Below are positions 1 to 12,112 of a stretch of 64,000 bases of DNA, in pieces. This DNA comes from Octopus sinensis (taxonomy: Eukaryota): assembly GCF_006345805.1 (NCBI RefSeq), contig NC_042999.1, positions 115,754,001-115,818,000 on the forward strand, read 5' to 3'. The translations under genes and the position numbers were made by a program. Position 1 is the first letter of the stretch, and the number at the start of each line of letters is the position of its first letter. Below the pieces are notes generated by a model, which did no database searches, was not told the DNA's origin, and was given only the letters and a program-made list of their open reading frames with translations.

Positions 1-2090
1 TGTTGGCATAGCTTCCAGCGTATATAGGTCCCAACTCTGTGGATATATTCCTTCTTAGCTATAACTGGACAACCAGAGTCAATATGATTTCTTTCTTTCT
101 TCCCCATCACATATTCTGCAGCTACTTGTATTTTTCTTCATTATATGTTTCTGGTGGGGAGGCTTTGGCCTTGTGCCGCAATTAAAATCCTTCAGCATCT
201 CAACCTTTGTTGGGATTTTACTTTGTCTATTTCTTTTCTGTTTAGCTTATCCTAGTATTGTTCTGTAAGTGGTTTCTTGCCATCGTTTTATCATGGTAGT
301 TTGTTGTACCAGTTTAGATTTCAGGTGCTTTGCAGCTTTTGTTGTTTGCCCTTTATCTTCATAGTTGTCAGGTACAATCATCTCTGTAGTAAAGATTGTT
401 TGCCAACATAACATAGCAGTCCTGGTTTAGGACTAATGTTGCTGTAATTTTAGCCGTAGGAGACATCGTCTCCAGCTGGCTATACGACACAATCTCTGTC
501 CTTATATTTTTGAACAAGGGAATCTAGTATCCCCTCCTAGCTCATAACAATATCTGTATATCGCGATTTCTGGGTTATTTCTCATGATCAGTACAGAATA
601 ATTGCTCAGCTAATTCCCGTTCGAAATATATAGTTTTCAGTGACAACTAATCACTGATTTATAAATTAGAAAATTACTATTTTTAAAATCTCACAACGTG
701 AGATATTCAGCAACAGTACTTTGTAGTAAAGATTGTTTGCCAATATAACTTAGCAGACCAGGTTTAGAACTAATGTTGCTGTAATTTTAAATATTGTTTT
801 GAGCTGAGTGGAGATGCTAGATTCCCTTGTTCGAAAATGTAAGGACACAGATCATGTCGTATAGCCAGCTGGAGAGGATGTCCCCTGCGGCTAAAATTAC
901 AGCAACATTAGTCCTAAACCAGGACTGCCATGTTATGTTGGCAAACAATCTTTGCTACTAAGTACTGTTGCTGAATATCTCACGTTGTGAGATTTTAAAA
1001 ATAGTAATTTTCTAAACTATCATCTCTTTCTTGTAGTTTTTGGCTAGCATTAATTTTGTTTTGCTCTTGTTTTGTGGTAATTTTACCAGTTTTCCTTGGT
1101 TCTGAGTTATTTCTGTAATCCTGTAGTAGTTATTTTATAGTATTTTTTTAGTTGTATAAGGCCTCTACCACCTGCAATTCGTTGTATATATAACCTTTCT
1201 GTAACAAGCTTAGGATGGTGTATTCTAAATTCCATCATTCCTTTTCTTGTTTTCTTGTCAAGTTTAGTTAGTTCATTTAGTGTCCAATGAAGAATATTTG
1301 CCTACTAATTTCGTTAAGGATTGACAGATTCTTTTCTTTTCTTTTTTTTTTTGGTGGGGGGGGGGATATTATTTTTCCATAGCGGTTTTTTGTGACACTC
1401 CTATTCGGATGGGTTTGAGGGAACATCAAGTTATTTTTTGTGGTCTCAGAGGCTGCTGCATATATTATTTCATTTAGTCTGGTCATATTGTCGTTATTTG
1501 TTTCTGTTGTGATTAGTTCTGTGACAGCCGGGTTTATGCTTTCTATTATTGTTGCTGTTTTGTTATCAACTTGAATGTTTGGCAGGTACAGTCGGTGTTC
1601 CGTATTGTGTTCTGTGGTCTTTAATTCCTTGATTATACTCATTTTTAAAGAATCATAATCACGGTTTTCGCCTTCATTGTTTTCAATTTTTAGTTTTGTT
1701 CCACATTCCTACCCGTTTATATTTTTGGCTGTGGTGTTCTTGTTTGGTGCATTTTGATTATCATTATGCATTCCTAGGGTTTGGGTTTGTTGTGTTTCGT
1801 TACTTCATTTTTGCTGTACATGTTACGTCTATTTTCGTGTTTTTCAACCTCAGTACTTATATTATTGATAGGTTGTTGATCTATGGGCACTATTTGCGTT
1901 TTCGTGGAGTATTTTTCCTTTTAAGTTCTCTATTTCGATTTCTGATATCTTTTTTGTTTTGGGAATGTATCTCCTTATGTTGACTAGTTTGTTAGGGTTT
2001 ATCAATATATCTATCTTTGGGTTATTTTTCTTCCAGATCTTATATGTATATGATGTTTTAATTTTATTCTGTGGGTAGAGCACTGCTGTA
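1..2090 (-). mobile_element. R4/Dong-clade non-LTR retrotransposon remnant (N-terminal region, post-RT region and CCHC knuckle; RT core deleted; interrupted by an insert at 386-1018)
   Basis: Minus-strand translation near 1-200 gives 'CRICDG..H I D S G C P V I A K K E Y I H R V G T Y I R W K L C Q', which parallels 'TCRVC..ETIDHVVSKCSLLAPTEYLNRHDRAAQYIHW' in the 9659 ORF. The region 1150-1250 gives 'HPKLVTERLYIQRIAGGRGL'. ORF 1862-2083 'IWKKNNP..NPNKLVNIRRYI..KISEIEIENLK' resembles the Dong N-terminus. Many stops and frameshifts. Confidence 0.8.
386..1018. mobile_element. 633-bp insertion with a 9-bp target-site duplication and nested inverted repeats (Penelope-pLTR-like or fold-back element)
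   Basis: ATCATCTCT occurs at 377-385 and 1019-1027, and the LINE sequence resumes across the insert. 667-788 is the reverse complement of ~891-1015, 386-535 is the reverse complement of ~812-958, and 722-788 directly repeats 386-452. Confidence 0.7.
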
Positions 2091-2729
2091 AAATAAGTTT
2101 CTATGATAGAAATTTATTCCTCTCGTGTTCATTTATGCTTTTTTGGTTTTATTTGTGTGAAGTACACACTTTCCGTTTGTTATTCTTGGATTGAATAATA
2201 CAGGTATTATTTAATTTAGCGTTTACTTTTTTGTGTATGATGGTTAGGACCAGAAATTGCCTGTTGTTGATTTGAACCGTAATCTGGCGAGCATGTTTAC
2301 ATGTGTTGTGCGAATGATGGAGACAGTACGCAGGTATAATACATCATTTCATTCGGAAAATAGAATAATTTCAATGAGTATTACTTTTTCGGGTATAGTC
2401 TAACACTTTGTCAGTTATTTTTACGTTTCATTTGTTATTTTTATTCCCGATGTTTTTGGATAGATCTCGGAGCAATGTTTTATCGTTTTCGCAAATTAAA
2501 CATCCCCAGTGTTTTCTCCGTTCTCACATGTTGAACATCCCCAACTATGTCAAATAATGTACAACAATCTTTTTATTTTTTTACTGCAGCTGCATACTCA
2601 GTGTTTCAGTAATGATAAAATCAAATATAATGATGAACCCGACGATAACGACGACAGAAGCAACGATGACTTACTATTGTTGCTGCAGCTGCTTCTAGTG
2701 CTTCCGATATAACTCTCACAACAACTACA

Positions 2730-3560
2730 ACTAGTTCATACTACTATTACTACTGATAATATTAATAATGATGATGGCGATGATTTGAAATGCAGTACAC
2801 ATCTGATTGGTATAGAGTAACGCGAGACGGTCGTGGTCTGGTAAAGATCGGATTGATTGCGGTGTTTCCACCAACAGATAGCCAGATATTCTCTTGGTGA
2901 TGCTCTTTCGAAAGTCACTCATTTCCTTTGGGAATTTAGATTTTAGGTGTAAGCTTCTGTCTTGTGTTGTTCGAATGATTTATATATGTGTAGGTATTGG
3001 GATTGTGGACGTTATAAAATCTGTTTATGTGATGTCTGTGTGTATTTTTATGCTATTTGTGAAGTGTCTGATTTTATATTTATCACCAATTTTTGTTTGT
3101 AATGCTAGCTGTTTTTTCTTGATCAGACTCACCGTATGTCATGTCTGACCATTTAGAACCGGGAAATGGCAGGTCATGTGTTGGAGTTGAGCGATGACTG
3201 GGGGAATCCGTTGTTGCTATGGTGGGGATTGGTGTTGCAGTGGCTGTTGTTGGATTATCTTTTTGGGCTTTGGTGGATGTTTTTGGTAGATCCCTTGGTG
3301 CTGGGAGCGGGTATCTTCCCTTTCTCCTTCAATGTTGGGCAGAAGGCTCTTATGTCTGTGGCTGAAAGGCATATGTTACGTTTGCCATTTCTTTCATCCA
3401 CTGTAACAGGTATGATGATGTCCTTATGGAGATAACTGATCTGGGATAGCATTCACATTTTTTGACTGGTTTGGATGAGGAGCTCTATCCCCATTCCCGA
3501 TCAGTTCTCTTTTTTGCATCGGTAGACTTCGAGGATATTTGTTTTCCTCGATATCTATCG
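2730..3560 (-). mobile_element. Possible degenerate LINE ORF1 (gag-like) remnant
   Basis: Fragmented minus-strand frames ('KEMSDFRKSITKRISGYLLVETPQ', 'DERNGKRNICL..RAFCPTLKEKGKIPA', the latter like a degenerate zinc knuckle). No clear family motif. Confidence 0.3.
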
Positions 3561-3644
3561 TGGCCGCTGCAACTAACCAAATAATGACTATCTCTGGCGG
3601 CACCCACTCGACGCAGATTCTTACTTGTCTCTAGCCATAGTACG

Positions 3645-3722
3645 CTGAATAAAATCATAATTAACCGATTCTCCTGTATTTCATTTTACCCAAAGTCACG
3701 AACTTTTCAGCACCCTCTCGTA
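3645..3722. mobile_element. End fragment of a mariner-type MITE
   Basis: Terminal GAACTTTTCAGCACCC..CTCGTA is the reverse complement of GGGTGCTGAAAAGTTC at ~48227. It shares TGAATAAAATCATAATTAA with 48346-48364. Confidence 0.55.
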
Positions 3723-4649
3723 TATATGTGTGCGCATGTGTGTATGCGGGTGTATGTGTGTGAATGTGTGTGAATGTGTGTGCGTATGTGAACTAAAATG
3801 GGCAGTTAAAATTATTGTCAGCTCACCGCTTTGGTGGTAATAACGATATTGACATTGGTGTCATTTTGTTTTATATCTTTACACCTTATCGGAAGTCATG
3901 AGACGCGGGTAGCTAAAGTTCACAAGCGCTCATGTTGCCGCAACAATTTCAATTCACAACGTTGCTCTAGTTGATGATGAAGTTGTGCGTTTTGCGCTCC
4001 CTTAAGATCCCATCCAGTATTTTGTGTCATGGGGTTTTTAGACGGTTTCACATATATTGGTAATTTCTTCTTCATAATTCTGTTAAATCTTGATGCTGTA
4101 TTCACTAGGAGTCTGTAGATCGCAGATCTTAGGCAGAATGTTTCACTCCGACACTAATCTATTTTTACGTTTTTTCGGTTTTGGTAGTATTTCCTATTTT
4201 GTGACCTTCTTCCCAAAACTCCCTTGCTGTTTTGCAAGCAACAGAAAAGTTAAGGAGTGTTTATTATTGTTGCTGTTGTTTTTGTTGTAGTTGTTATTGC
4301 TTCTGATGTTGCCGTTATTGTTGATGTTGTTTATCATCTTACAGATATTACATTATTCACTTCTGCCAAATTTTCGGGTCGATCAAAGTGGCAAAGTGTT
4401 CTAATTTCATTTCGTCATTAGATGCGTTGTTTGAGGAAATCAAAGCCAATGGTAACTTCAGACGAGTCTAACGTTGTTTTTAAAAGTTTATTTGTCGTAG
4501 GTATTCATTGGAAACATGAGGACTTCAGGAGAGATGTGTTCAGATCAGTTTATTATTTTCTGTTGGTTTTGTTTTTGTTGATATCATTGACGCTGACTTT
4601 GTTGTCGGTGATGATAATGCTTATTGCTCTAGGTAGAAGGACTGACATT

Positions 4650-4820
4650 TGATGGGAGGAAATTAGTCGATCACATCAACCTCCACTGCTCAACTGGTAC
4701 TTATTTCATCGACCCCGAATGGACGAAAGATAAAGTTAATCTTAGCGGAATTTGAACTCAGAATGTATATGCCGATAAGCATTTTGTCCGGCATACTGAT
4801 GATTCTGTCACCTCACCGCT
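4650..4820 (-). mobile_element. tRNA-derived SINE, family A (degenerate)
   Basis: Matches the family-A body (tcgaccccgaa..gaaag..aaagt..ctcggcggaatttgaactcagaa) seen in young copies at 47090-47321 and 62298-62530. Confidence 0.75.
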
Positions 4821-5396
4821 TTGGTAGTAATAATGATATTGACATTGGTGTTATTTTGTTTTATATCTTTATAGGAAGTCATGAGATGGTAAGTGCCAAT
4901 GCAATTGTAGTTTCACAGCTTTCCAACTAATAAATAACATCAGTTTCCAGCTTGACTTTTGGAAGCACTATCAGTCCAGGACTATTTAAATGATGTTTGA
5001 CTAGTCTTGTATGTTACTTTTTCAGCAGAAGCTAGTTTTCTCATTCTACGTGTTGGTGGCTCTTACCAACCAGCTACCTTTCTTTGTGTTATTGTTGATT
5101 TCATGAATGTTGTTGATGATTTTTTTTCTTTAAACCTTTCGTTATTATGTCCGTTATTGCTGTTATTGCTGAAGATGCCGCTGTCTCTTCTTTTCGTTCC
5201 ATACTTCAAAAATTTCTTCGCTGGCATTCTCAAACATTTTGTTGTTGCTCTTGTGGATATAATTATTTTTTTTGCCAATTTTTTTGTACTTTGAATTTTT
5301 TTCCTGCTTCCTTTGTTCTTCTTGTACTATTATTGGTTTTGTTACTACAGCGGTAGCTGCTGTTCTTGTTTAAATCTCTTTTTGTCGCAAATGTTT

Positions 5397-5397
<1 letters not shown>

Positions 5398-5465
<68 letters not shown>

Positions 5466-5512
5466 TAATAATAATAGTAATAGTAATAGTAATAATAATA
5501 ATAATAATAATG

Positions 5513-5564
<52 letters not shown>

Positions 5565-5582
5565 TAATAATAATAATAATAA
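5398..5582. repeat. (TAA)n microsatellite
   Basis: Direct reading; it explains the poly-Ile/poly-Asn ORFs. Confidence 0.98.
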
Positions 5583-6544
5583 TGGTCACTCCCATCAACT
5601 TCAACGTATGAGTGTTTGAAGGAAAGGATTAAAAAACAATAGGATTAACAAATAAAAACTGCATCTATTTGCGATTGATGCATGAATATAATTTGAGTCA
5701 AGGTAACAACAATTACAATGATAATAATCAAAATATCAATAAAAATTTCTATTTTTATATTAGTCACAAGATCCTTAACGCCTTAACGTATAATGTAAAA
5801 CATATCACTCAGCGTGGTTACAAAGAACTCTGAAGATGTACATATATAAAAGATAATAATAGAAAGTGAAGTGAAGTGGAATACCAGATGGAGGATAAGT
5901 TACATCTTTGGTAAACAAATAAAGACACCCACCTAAAGGCAAAACAGCCGTTCCTAAAAATATTTTTGTTTATATTGTCGTGTGGTTCATCTGTATGGGA
6001 ATATCATCACCGCAGTCGCCGTCGTTGTTGCAGTTGTTAACTTAGTAAAGATTTCTCACTCGTTTTGTGCCCGTATTAATAATGGTCATAGAATAACTGT
6101 CTTATTTTCTTTTATTGAGTTATGCATATTTGTGCATTTAATATAGTTATTTTATTCTTTTTCTGATTACTCCTAGTTTTTAAGGATTTTCCATATGTTG
6201 TTGAAGTAGGCGCCATTGTTATTCTGCGTATGTCAACAAGATCTGGGAAATAAATGTTTACAAAAAGGTAACATAACAAAACCTTCTTTGATATGGAAAA
6301 TGCCACAGTGGGCTTTCCAAGTAAAGTTTGCTGAGATATAACTAGAAAAATAACAAATTTTATTGAGTAATGAATAATTCAAAATCTTGAAACCCGTTAA
6401 AAGAAGTATTGCCAAGGGAAGAACCAAGAAAGACGATAGATTACTAATGTGGTTTTCACACAGAGTTTATTATTCCAGTTTTCACAATATTCCTTCTTTC
6501 ATGCTTCAATAGGTTCAACATCCACTTCCTTATTTGAATTCCAT

Positions 6545-6582
<38 letters not shown>

Positions 6583-7984
6583 CCACTCAGGCATTTTGTG
6601 CTTGAGCTCATTGTTATTTGGGTTCTTGTTTGCCAGCCTTTACTCACATCTATTTCCACTCCTTTAACTTGCAATGACATAGTGTAGCTTCTTGATGAAA
6701 TAGGAGAGCACTAGGCTTCTGATTACTTTACCTGATTGCCGGCTTCTGACGCTGAAGGCGAGGCTATTTCTTCTAATCTTGGAATTGTGACAGATGGTAG
6801 TTATTAAACTGCCGCTGCTGTTTCCTTGGGGCCTTGCCACCTTTCGTGTTGGTTACCACTCTTTTCCAACTTTTGCTATTCTGGTCCAATAGCCCTCAAG
6901 TAGATTTCTTCTCAGAATTGCTGAATGGAAGACAGCACTTGTCCTTATTGATCAGAGTGATCTAGATTGTGTTGGGTTAGTATAATTAGCTCACAGTTTC
7001 CTTACTGGTGACTTTTATTTGTTGTTTTCTCGTTATTTGTTACACTTTACACGATTTTATGTTAACTTCGCTGTATTGTACCCTTTCCTTTGTATTCTTC
7101 TCATAGTCTTTAATCCTTTGTATTGAGAACCTTAGTGCAGCGGAATAAATGCTTCATGGTGTTTCCTCTGGCTTTTTATGTTCTGAGTTCAAATCTCGCT
7201 AAGATGAACCCTGTTTCTCAATCCTCCAGATTCAATAATATAAAGTGCCAGTGATGTACTAGGGTTGATGGCAGCGATTAATACTCTCTCCTCAACATCT
7301 ACCAGCCTCATGTCAAAATTAGTAACCGTTATTAGAATTATTATTTCAGTATCAACAAAAAAATCACAGGTTCTTCCCGAGCCATAGGCTCATAAAGCCG
7401 GTTCTCCTGATTTTGTGATGTACAAAATATCTTTTGGATTGCTTATTTTTTGTCAGCTCAATGGAGAGCAACAACGTGAAATGAAGTGTTTTTCAAGAAC
7501 ATAAAGCATCACCCTGTCTAGGAATCGAATCCATTATCATACGATCATGGCTGCCACGTTTCTCCACATTACTTCTGTGTATTTATTTTTATTGCATACT
7601 TTCGCTACACAATGAGCGCAGCTGTAAACTTTGTTTATGCGCATGTCCTTTGTTTTGTTTCTGTATTTTCCATTATATTGAAAATATTCTATGTGTTTAC
7701 AGTTGTGCTATTTTCTGTATGTTGTGTTACATACGGTGCTTTTGTTATGTATTCGTCTGCGTCTTCTAACAATTCCCTAGGCGTTTATTATTATGTAGAT
7801 TGTTTCTGTTTTCTATCTTCATATTCTCGGTCATTCTCTTCCTTGGTCTTTATATCTAAAGAGTTTCTTAATTTTTCTTAGCGATACATTGCCAGCTTCT
7901 CGGATGACATCATTATCATCATCATCATCATCATCAACAAGAACAATAACAACATCAACAATGGTTTCAAATGTTTGCACAAGG

Positions 7985-8410
7985 CCAGCAAGTCTGGATG
8001 AGGTGGGGTAAATTTAATGCATCAACGCCAGTGTTCAACTGACACTTGTTTTATCAACCTCGAAATGATGAAAAGCAAAGTCAACCTCGGCGGAATTTGA
8101 ACTCAGGACGTAAAGGCGGGCGAAATAAATCTAAGCAGTTTACCTGGTGTGCTAACGATTCTGCCAGCTCGCCGTCTTACTTACAAGGACAACAATGATA
8201 GTTTAGAATATTTACACTAGGCCAGCAAGTTCGTGGGGGAGGTAAGTCAATTACATCGACTCCAATGCTTAACTGCTATTTATTTTAATGACCCCGAAAG
8301 GATAAAGGCAAAGTCGACCTCCGCGGAATTTGAACACACAGTGTAAAAACGGACGAAATGTCACTAAACATTTTGCCCGGGTTGCTAAAGATTCTGCCAG
8401 CACACTGCCT
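7985..8410 (-). mobile_element. Two tandem family-A SINE copies (~7985-8180 and ~8215-8405)
   Basis: Both contain 'gcaaagtc(a/g)acctc(g/c)gcggaatttgaac' and the head 'gattctgccagc'. Confidence 0.8.
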
Positions 8411-8504
8411 TAATAATAATAATGAGGATGATGGTGATGATAATAACAACAACAACAACACCACCACCAGCACCACCACCACCAACAACAACAACAACAA
8501 CAAC

Positions 8505-8545
<41 letters not shown>

Positions 8546-8547
<2 letters not shown>

Positions 8548-8860
8548 TTGTAGGGAAATAGTAATAATGGTACACCCCTCCCACGTGATGTCTCAGTCAC
8601 TATAAATAAGGTGACGTCAACTGGTATCAAGAGAGTATGTAGAGTACCAGAGTACGTGTAGACTATGTTGATAGTTGTGTCTGTGCTGATATAGTAATTA
8701 TATTGTGATCCTGATTGGACGTTATGACGAACCGATGTTTTGAAGATAACACTGTACGGCCGGGGGTCGTATAGTGCGAGATAGAAACATCCTATCGACG
8801 ACATAGGAATATAACAATATCTGTCAGAGCGACAACCGTCGTACGAAGACAGATACAACA
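8546..8860 (+). mobile_element. LTR of a Gypsy-type retrotransposon
   Basis: Begins TGTTGTA (8546) and ends TACAACA (8860), a perfect 7-bp terminal inverted repeat. TATA box TATAAATAAG at 8601-8610. Followed by a PBS-like site and a gag-like start. Confidence 0.7.
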
Positions 8861-8885
8861 GTGGCAAAAGACCGCTTTATAAGAG

Positions 8886-8898
8886 TGGTGACGAGGAT
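8886..8898 (+). promoter_or_regulatory. Primer-binding site, complementary to the tRNA-Ser(GCU)-type 3' end
   Basis: TGGTGACGAGGAT compared with TGGCGACGAGGAT expected from the 3' end ...AUCCUCGUCGCCA (recalled), i.e. one G-U wobble. A gag-like 'MEDLLPGLLELQ' starts at 8977. Confidence 0.55.
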
Positions 8899-9108
8899 TA
8901 ATGAATTCACGTGGAGCTAATAGAAACTCGTAGAGGAGTAAACAAACTCACAAATTTTACGATAAATCGTAAAATTATGGAAGATTTGTTACCCGGTTTG
9001 CTTGAGTTACAAAACATCAACAACAACAACAGTTGAAAGAACAACAACAATAGCAGAAATAACTGCAAGAGCAATAAGAGAAGCAACAATAACAGTTAAT
9101 ATTACAGC

Positions 9109-9655
9109 CATGACATGACAATGTGGCGAGAATATATCACGGCCTAGAAAGAGCAAAGACGTGGTATGAGCAAACCCCAGGAGTCACCGAGAATGAAAAA
9201 TTGCAAAATCCTGTGGGATGCAATGATACAGTGCGATCACTTGACTAGTCATTGGAAACCGGACATTGTTGTGGTGAATAAAAAGAAAGAATATGCATTA
9301 TAATCGACATAGCATGTCAACGGTGACAACAAAATCAAAGATGAAAAACTGAACCACTACGATGATTTGAAGTAGGGAAATAAGAAGGTTGTGGTCAATG
9401 AGGAGAGTATACGTGATGCCAATAGTAATTGGTGCATTTGAAAGTATCAGCACTCAACTATCAACTTAGCTCAAAAAGATTGGTGTAAGTGTGGAGGTAG
9501 AACACCTTGGAAAATCAGCATTGCTTGGAACTGAAAGAAATCTTTGTAGGGTTCTTGAAGCATGACCAGTAAACAAGTGTCACCTTAGTCTACTGGCTGT
9601 GGACAGCTGACACTTTCCATCATACCCAGCAAAATAAGCTGAGAGTTTTCATCAA
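9109..9655 (+). mobile_element. 3' fragment of an R4/Dong LINE (RLE domain + 3' UTR), degenerate
   Basis: Frameshifted translation 'HDNVAR..KILWDAMIQCDHLTSHWKPDIVVVNK..IIDIAC..D.K..YDDLK..IRRLWSM..PIVIGA..KSALLGT' ending in TGA at ~9565. The 3' UTR has a GTGTCA..TGACAC hairpin and runs into (GAT/AAT)n. Confidence 0.85.
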
Positions 9656-9658
9656 ATA

Positions 9659-9693
<35 letters not shown>

Positions 9694-9732
9694 AATGATA
9701 ATAATAATAATGATAATAATAATAATAATAAT

Positions 9733-10987
9733 ACTCAAGACAGAGCTGAATGCAAGAAACAGGATCGAAGCGATCAATGCATTAGCTATACCAGTCGTGA
9801 CTTACAGTTTCAATATTGTTAACTGGTCAATTACTGAGATATGTCAGCTCGACAGAAAAATAAGGAAACTGTTGACAATGCATAGAATGCACCACCCTAA
9901 GGCAGATACAGAACGACTCTATATGCCAAGAAAAGAGGGAGGCCGTGGTCTTTTACAACTGGCAATAACAATGAAGATTGCTACAATTGGCCTAGACACC
10001 TACCTGAAAACCTCTGAGGACTGGATGTTAAAACTTGTCTCAAAACATGAAAACAAGAAAGCATCATACTCAGTCACAAAACAGGCAAAGGAATATCTAA
10101 GTGAATTCCGAATACAACCAATTTCGGAATTAGAGATAGACATACAAGAAACAAGCACAGAAAAAGCTAAGTGCATGAAAACCCGTGCCAAAACTGCGGC
10201 CTTAGATATTCTGAATAATAAATGTCAAGAAAAACCTCTCTATGGCAAATACCCAAAGAGAGCGAATAATGCAGATATTGACAAAGCCCTGACCCATCAA
10301 TGGCTAATAGCCTCTGGCTTAAAATCTGAAACAAAGGGGTTTATCATAGCAGCTCAAGATCAATGCCTACCAACAAGAAACTACCAGGCCAACATATTAA
10401 AGATCAGAAGCAGTCCAACGTGTCGTGTATGCCAGCAACAAAATGAAACCATTGACCATGTGGTCTCCAAGTGCAGTCTTCTAGCGCCTACAGAGTATCT
10501 CAACAGACACGATAGAGCTGCACAATATATTCACTGGGTAATCTGCAAAAACCTGGATTTTCCCCATGAAAAAAACTGGTGGGAACACAAACCACCCCCA
10601 GTGCTTGAAAATGACCACATCTCACTCCTCTGGAACTTCACCATTCAAACTGACAGAAAGATAGATGCAAATAGGCCAGACATCATATTGAAAGACTTCA
10701 AACAAAGAACATGCCTCCTCATTGATATGACTGTCCCAATCTATATAAACGTATCTGTCAAGACCTACCAAAAACTGAGCAAATATAAAGATCTTGAAAT
10801 AGAAATCAGCAAAATGTGGAAGCTGAAGACTAAAACAATACCTGTTGTCATAGGTGCCCTGGGAATGATAGCAAAAGGGGCTGATAGCTACCTAACTCAG
10901 ATACCAGGAAACCCCCAAATGGCAGAAATTCAAAAGATAGTGCTCATGGGAACTGCTCATATCCTACGCAAAATACTTTCTATGTAA
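9733..10987 (+). CDS. Retrotransposon polyprotein C-terminus: RT thumb, CCHC zinc knuckle, restriction-like endonuclease (5'-truncated; the poly-Met/Ile start of the listed ORF is microsatellite)
   Basis: 'AINALAIPVVTYSF', 'RLYMPRKEGGRGL', 'IIAAQDQ', 'CRVC..ETIDHVVSKC', 'RHD', 'RPDIIL..LIDMTVP', 'KLSKYKDL', 'PVVIGALG'. Confidence 0.9.
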
Positions 10988-11177
10988 TCCCAAGGTTTAA
11001 AACAAACTTTTTTTTATTTATTTATTTATTTATTTATTTTATTTTATTTCGTTTTTTTTTTTAAATTTTATTTTTATGTATTAGACATTCACTAGTACTT
11101 CCAACCTGTTGTCTCTTGAGGTCTCTGGGTGAGACTTGGAGCCAACTTGTACAGACATAAAGCAAAAGTCAAACATA

Positions 11178-11178
<1 letters not shown>
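9733..11178 (+). mobile_element. 5'-truncated R4/Dong-clade non-LTR retrotransposon flanked by GAT/AAT and TAA microsatellites
   Basis: Open frame to 10987, then a 3' UTR containing GTCTC..GAGAC, ending directly at (TAA)n (11179). Confidence 0.92.
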
Positions 11179-11233
<55 letters not shown>

Positions 11234-11271
11234 TAATAATAATAATAATGATAATAATAATAATAATAATG

Positions 11272-11332
<61 letters not shown>

Positions 11333-11334
11333 TG

Positions 11335-11396
<62 letters not shown>
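11179..11396. repeat. (TAA)n microsatellite
   Basis: Direct reading. Confidence 0.98.
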
Positions 11397-11535
11397 CCTT
11401 TCTAGTATAGACACAACGCTTGAAATTTTGGGGGAGGCATTAGCCGATTACATCAACCCCAGTGTTTAACTGGTACTTATTCTATTGAAGGATGTAATGC
11501 AAAGTCGACCACAGCAGAACGTAAAGACATGTTAC

Positions 11536-12112
11536 GCCATGTTACGCTCATATGGTTGTGATGCATTTGCCTGGCGTACTCTTATGGGGCAGATAGTCAT
11601 GATGAGTTTATTGTGATTCAACTATTTGTACTCCAGTGTCACTTTGATGACATGCTTTTCTCTCTCACCTGATGCAGTACAAGGCTGTGACTCTCATGAC
11701 TTCTGATCTTAACTGATTGGAAGTGTTATTATGCACATGTTTTGTCTTGATATAAAAGGTGTACTACAGTGAATATTCTGCTCACTATCACAGGTTTGCT
11801 TATCAGTTGTTTGACTTTAACCAGTTGAGCATGTCTCGTAGTGATATCTGATTACAAGCAGGGGTAGTGAAGGAAGACCAGAGGAATTCTTTGGGGTTTG
11901 AATAAATCAACCACTAGAACCATGGTTGTTTCAGTCAACATCCTTAATCAGACCTTATTGAGGAACCTTTTGAGCAGAATGGGCTACTCGACTTGAAGAA
12001 AATTCTAACTGGGCCCCACCTGCAAGGTCATGCGTTGTATATCTTGATATGAGATCACCATATCATACACATATGGCTGTGATGCATATACCTGGAGTAC
12101 CCTTATCAGACG
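11536..12112. repeat. Interspersed repeat bounded by ~45-bp direct repeats
   Basis: 'catatggttgtgatgcatttgcctggcgtactcttat' (~11548) versus 'catatggctgtgatgcatatacctggagtacccttat' (~12070). Confidence 0.5.

Noticed and set aside
801-840. Hammerhead motif in the 386-1018 insert (ctgagtg..cgaaa)
   Set aside because: The core is degenerate in both copies and the helices do not close in register.
2481-2550. CR1 C-terminal motif (LGMFN..RR)
   Set aside because: It is only a diverged 35-bp tandem doublet and too short to assign.
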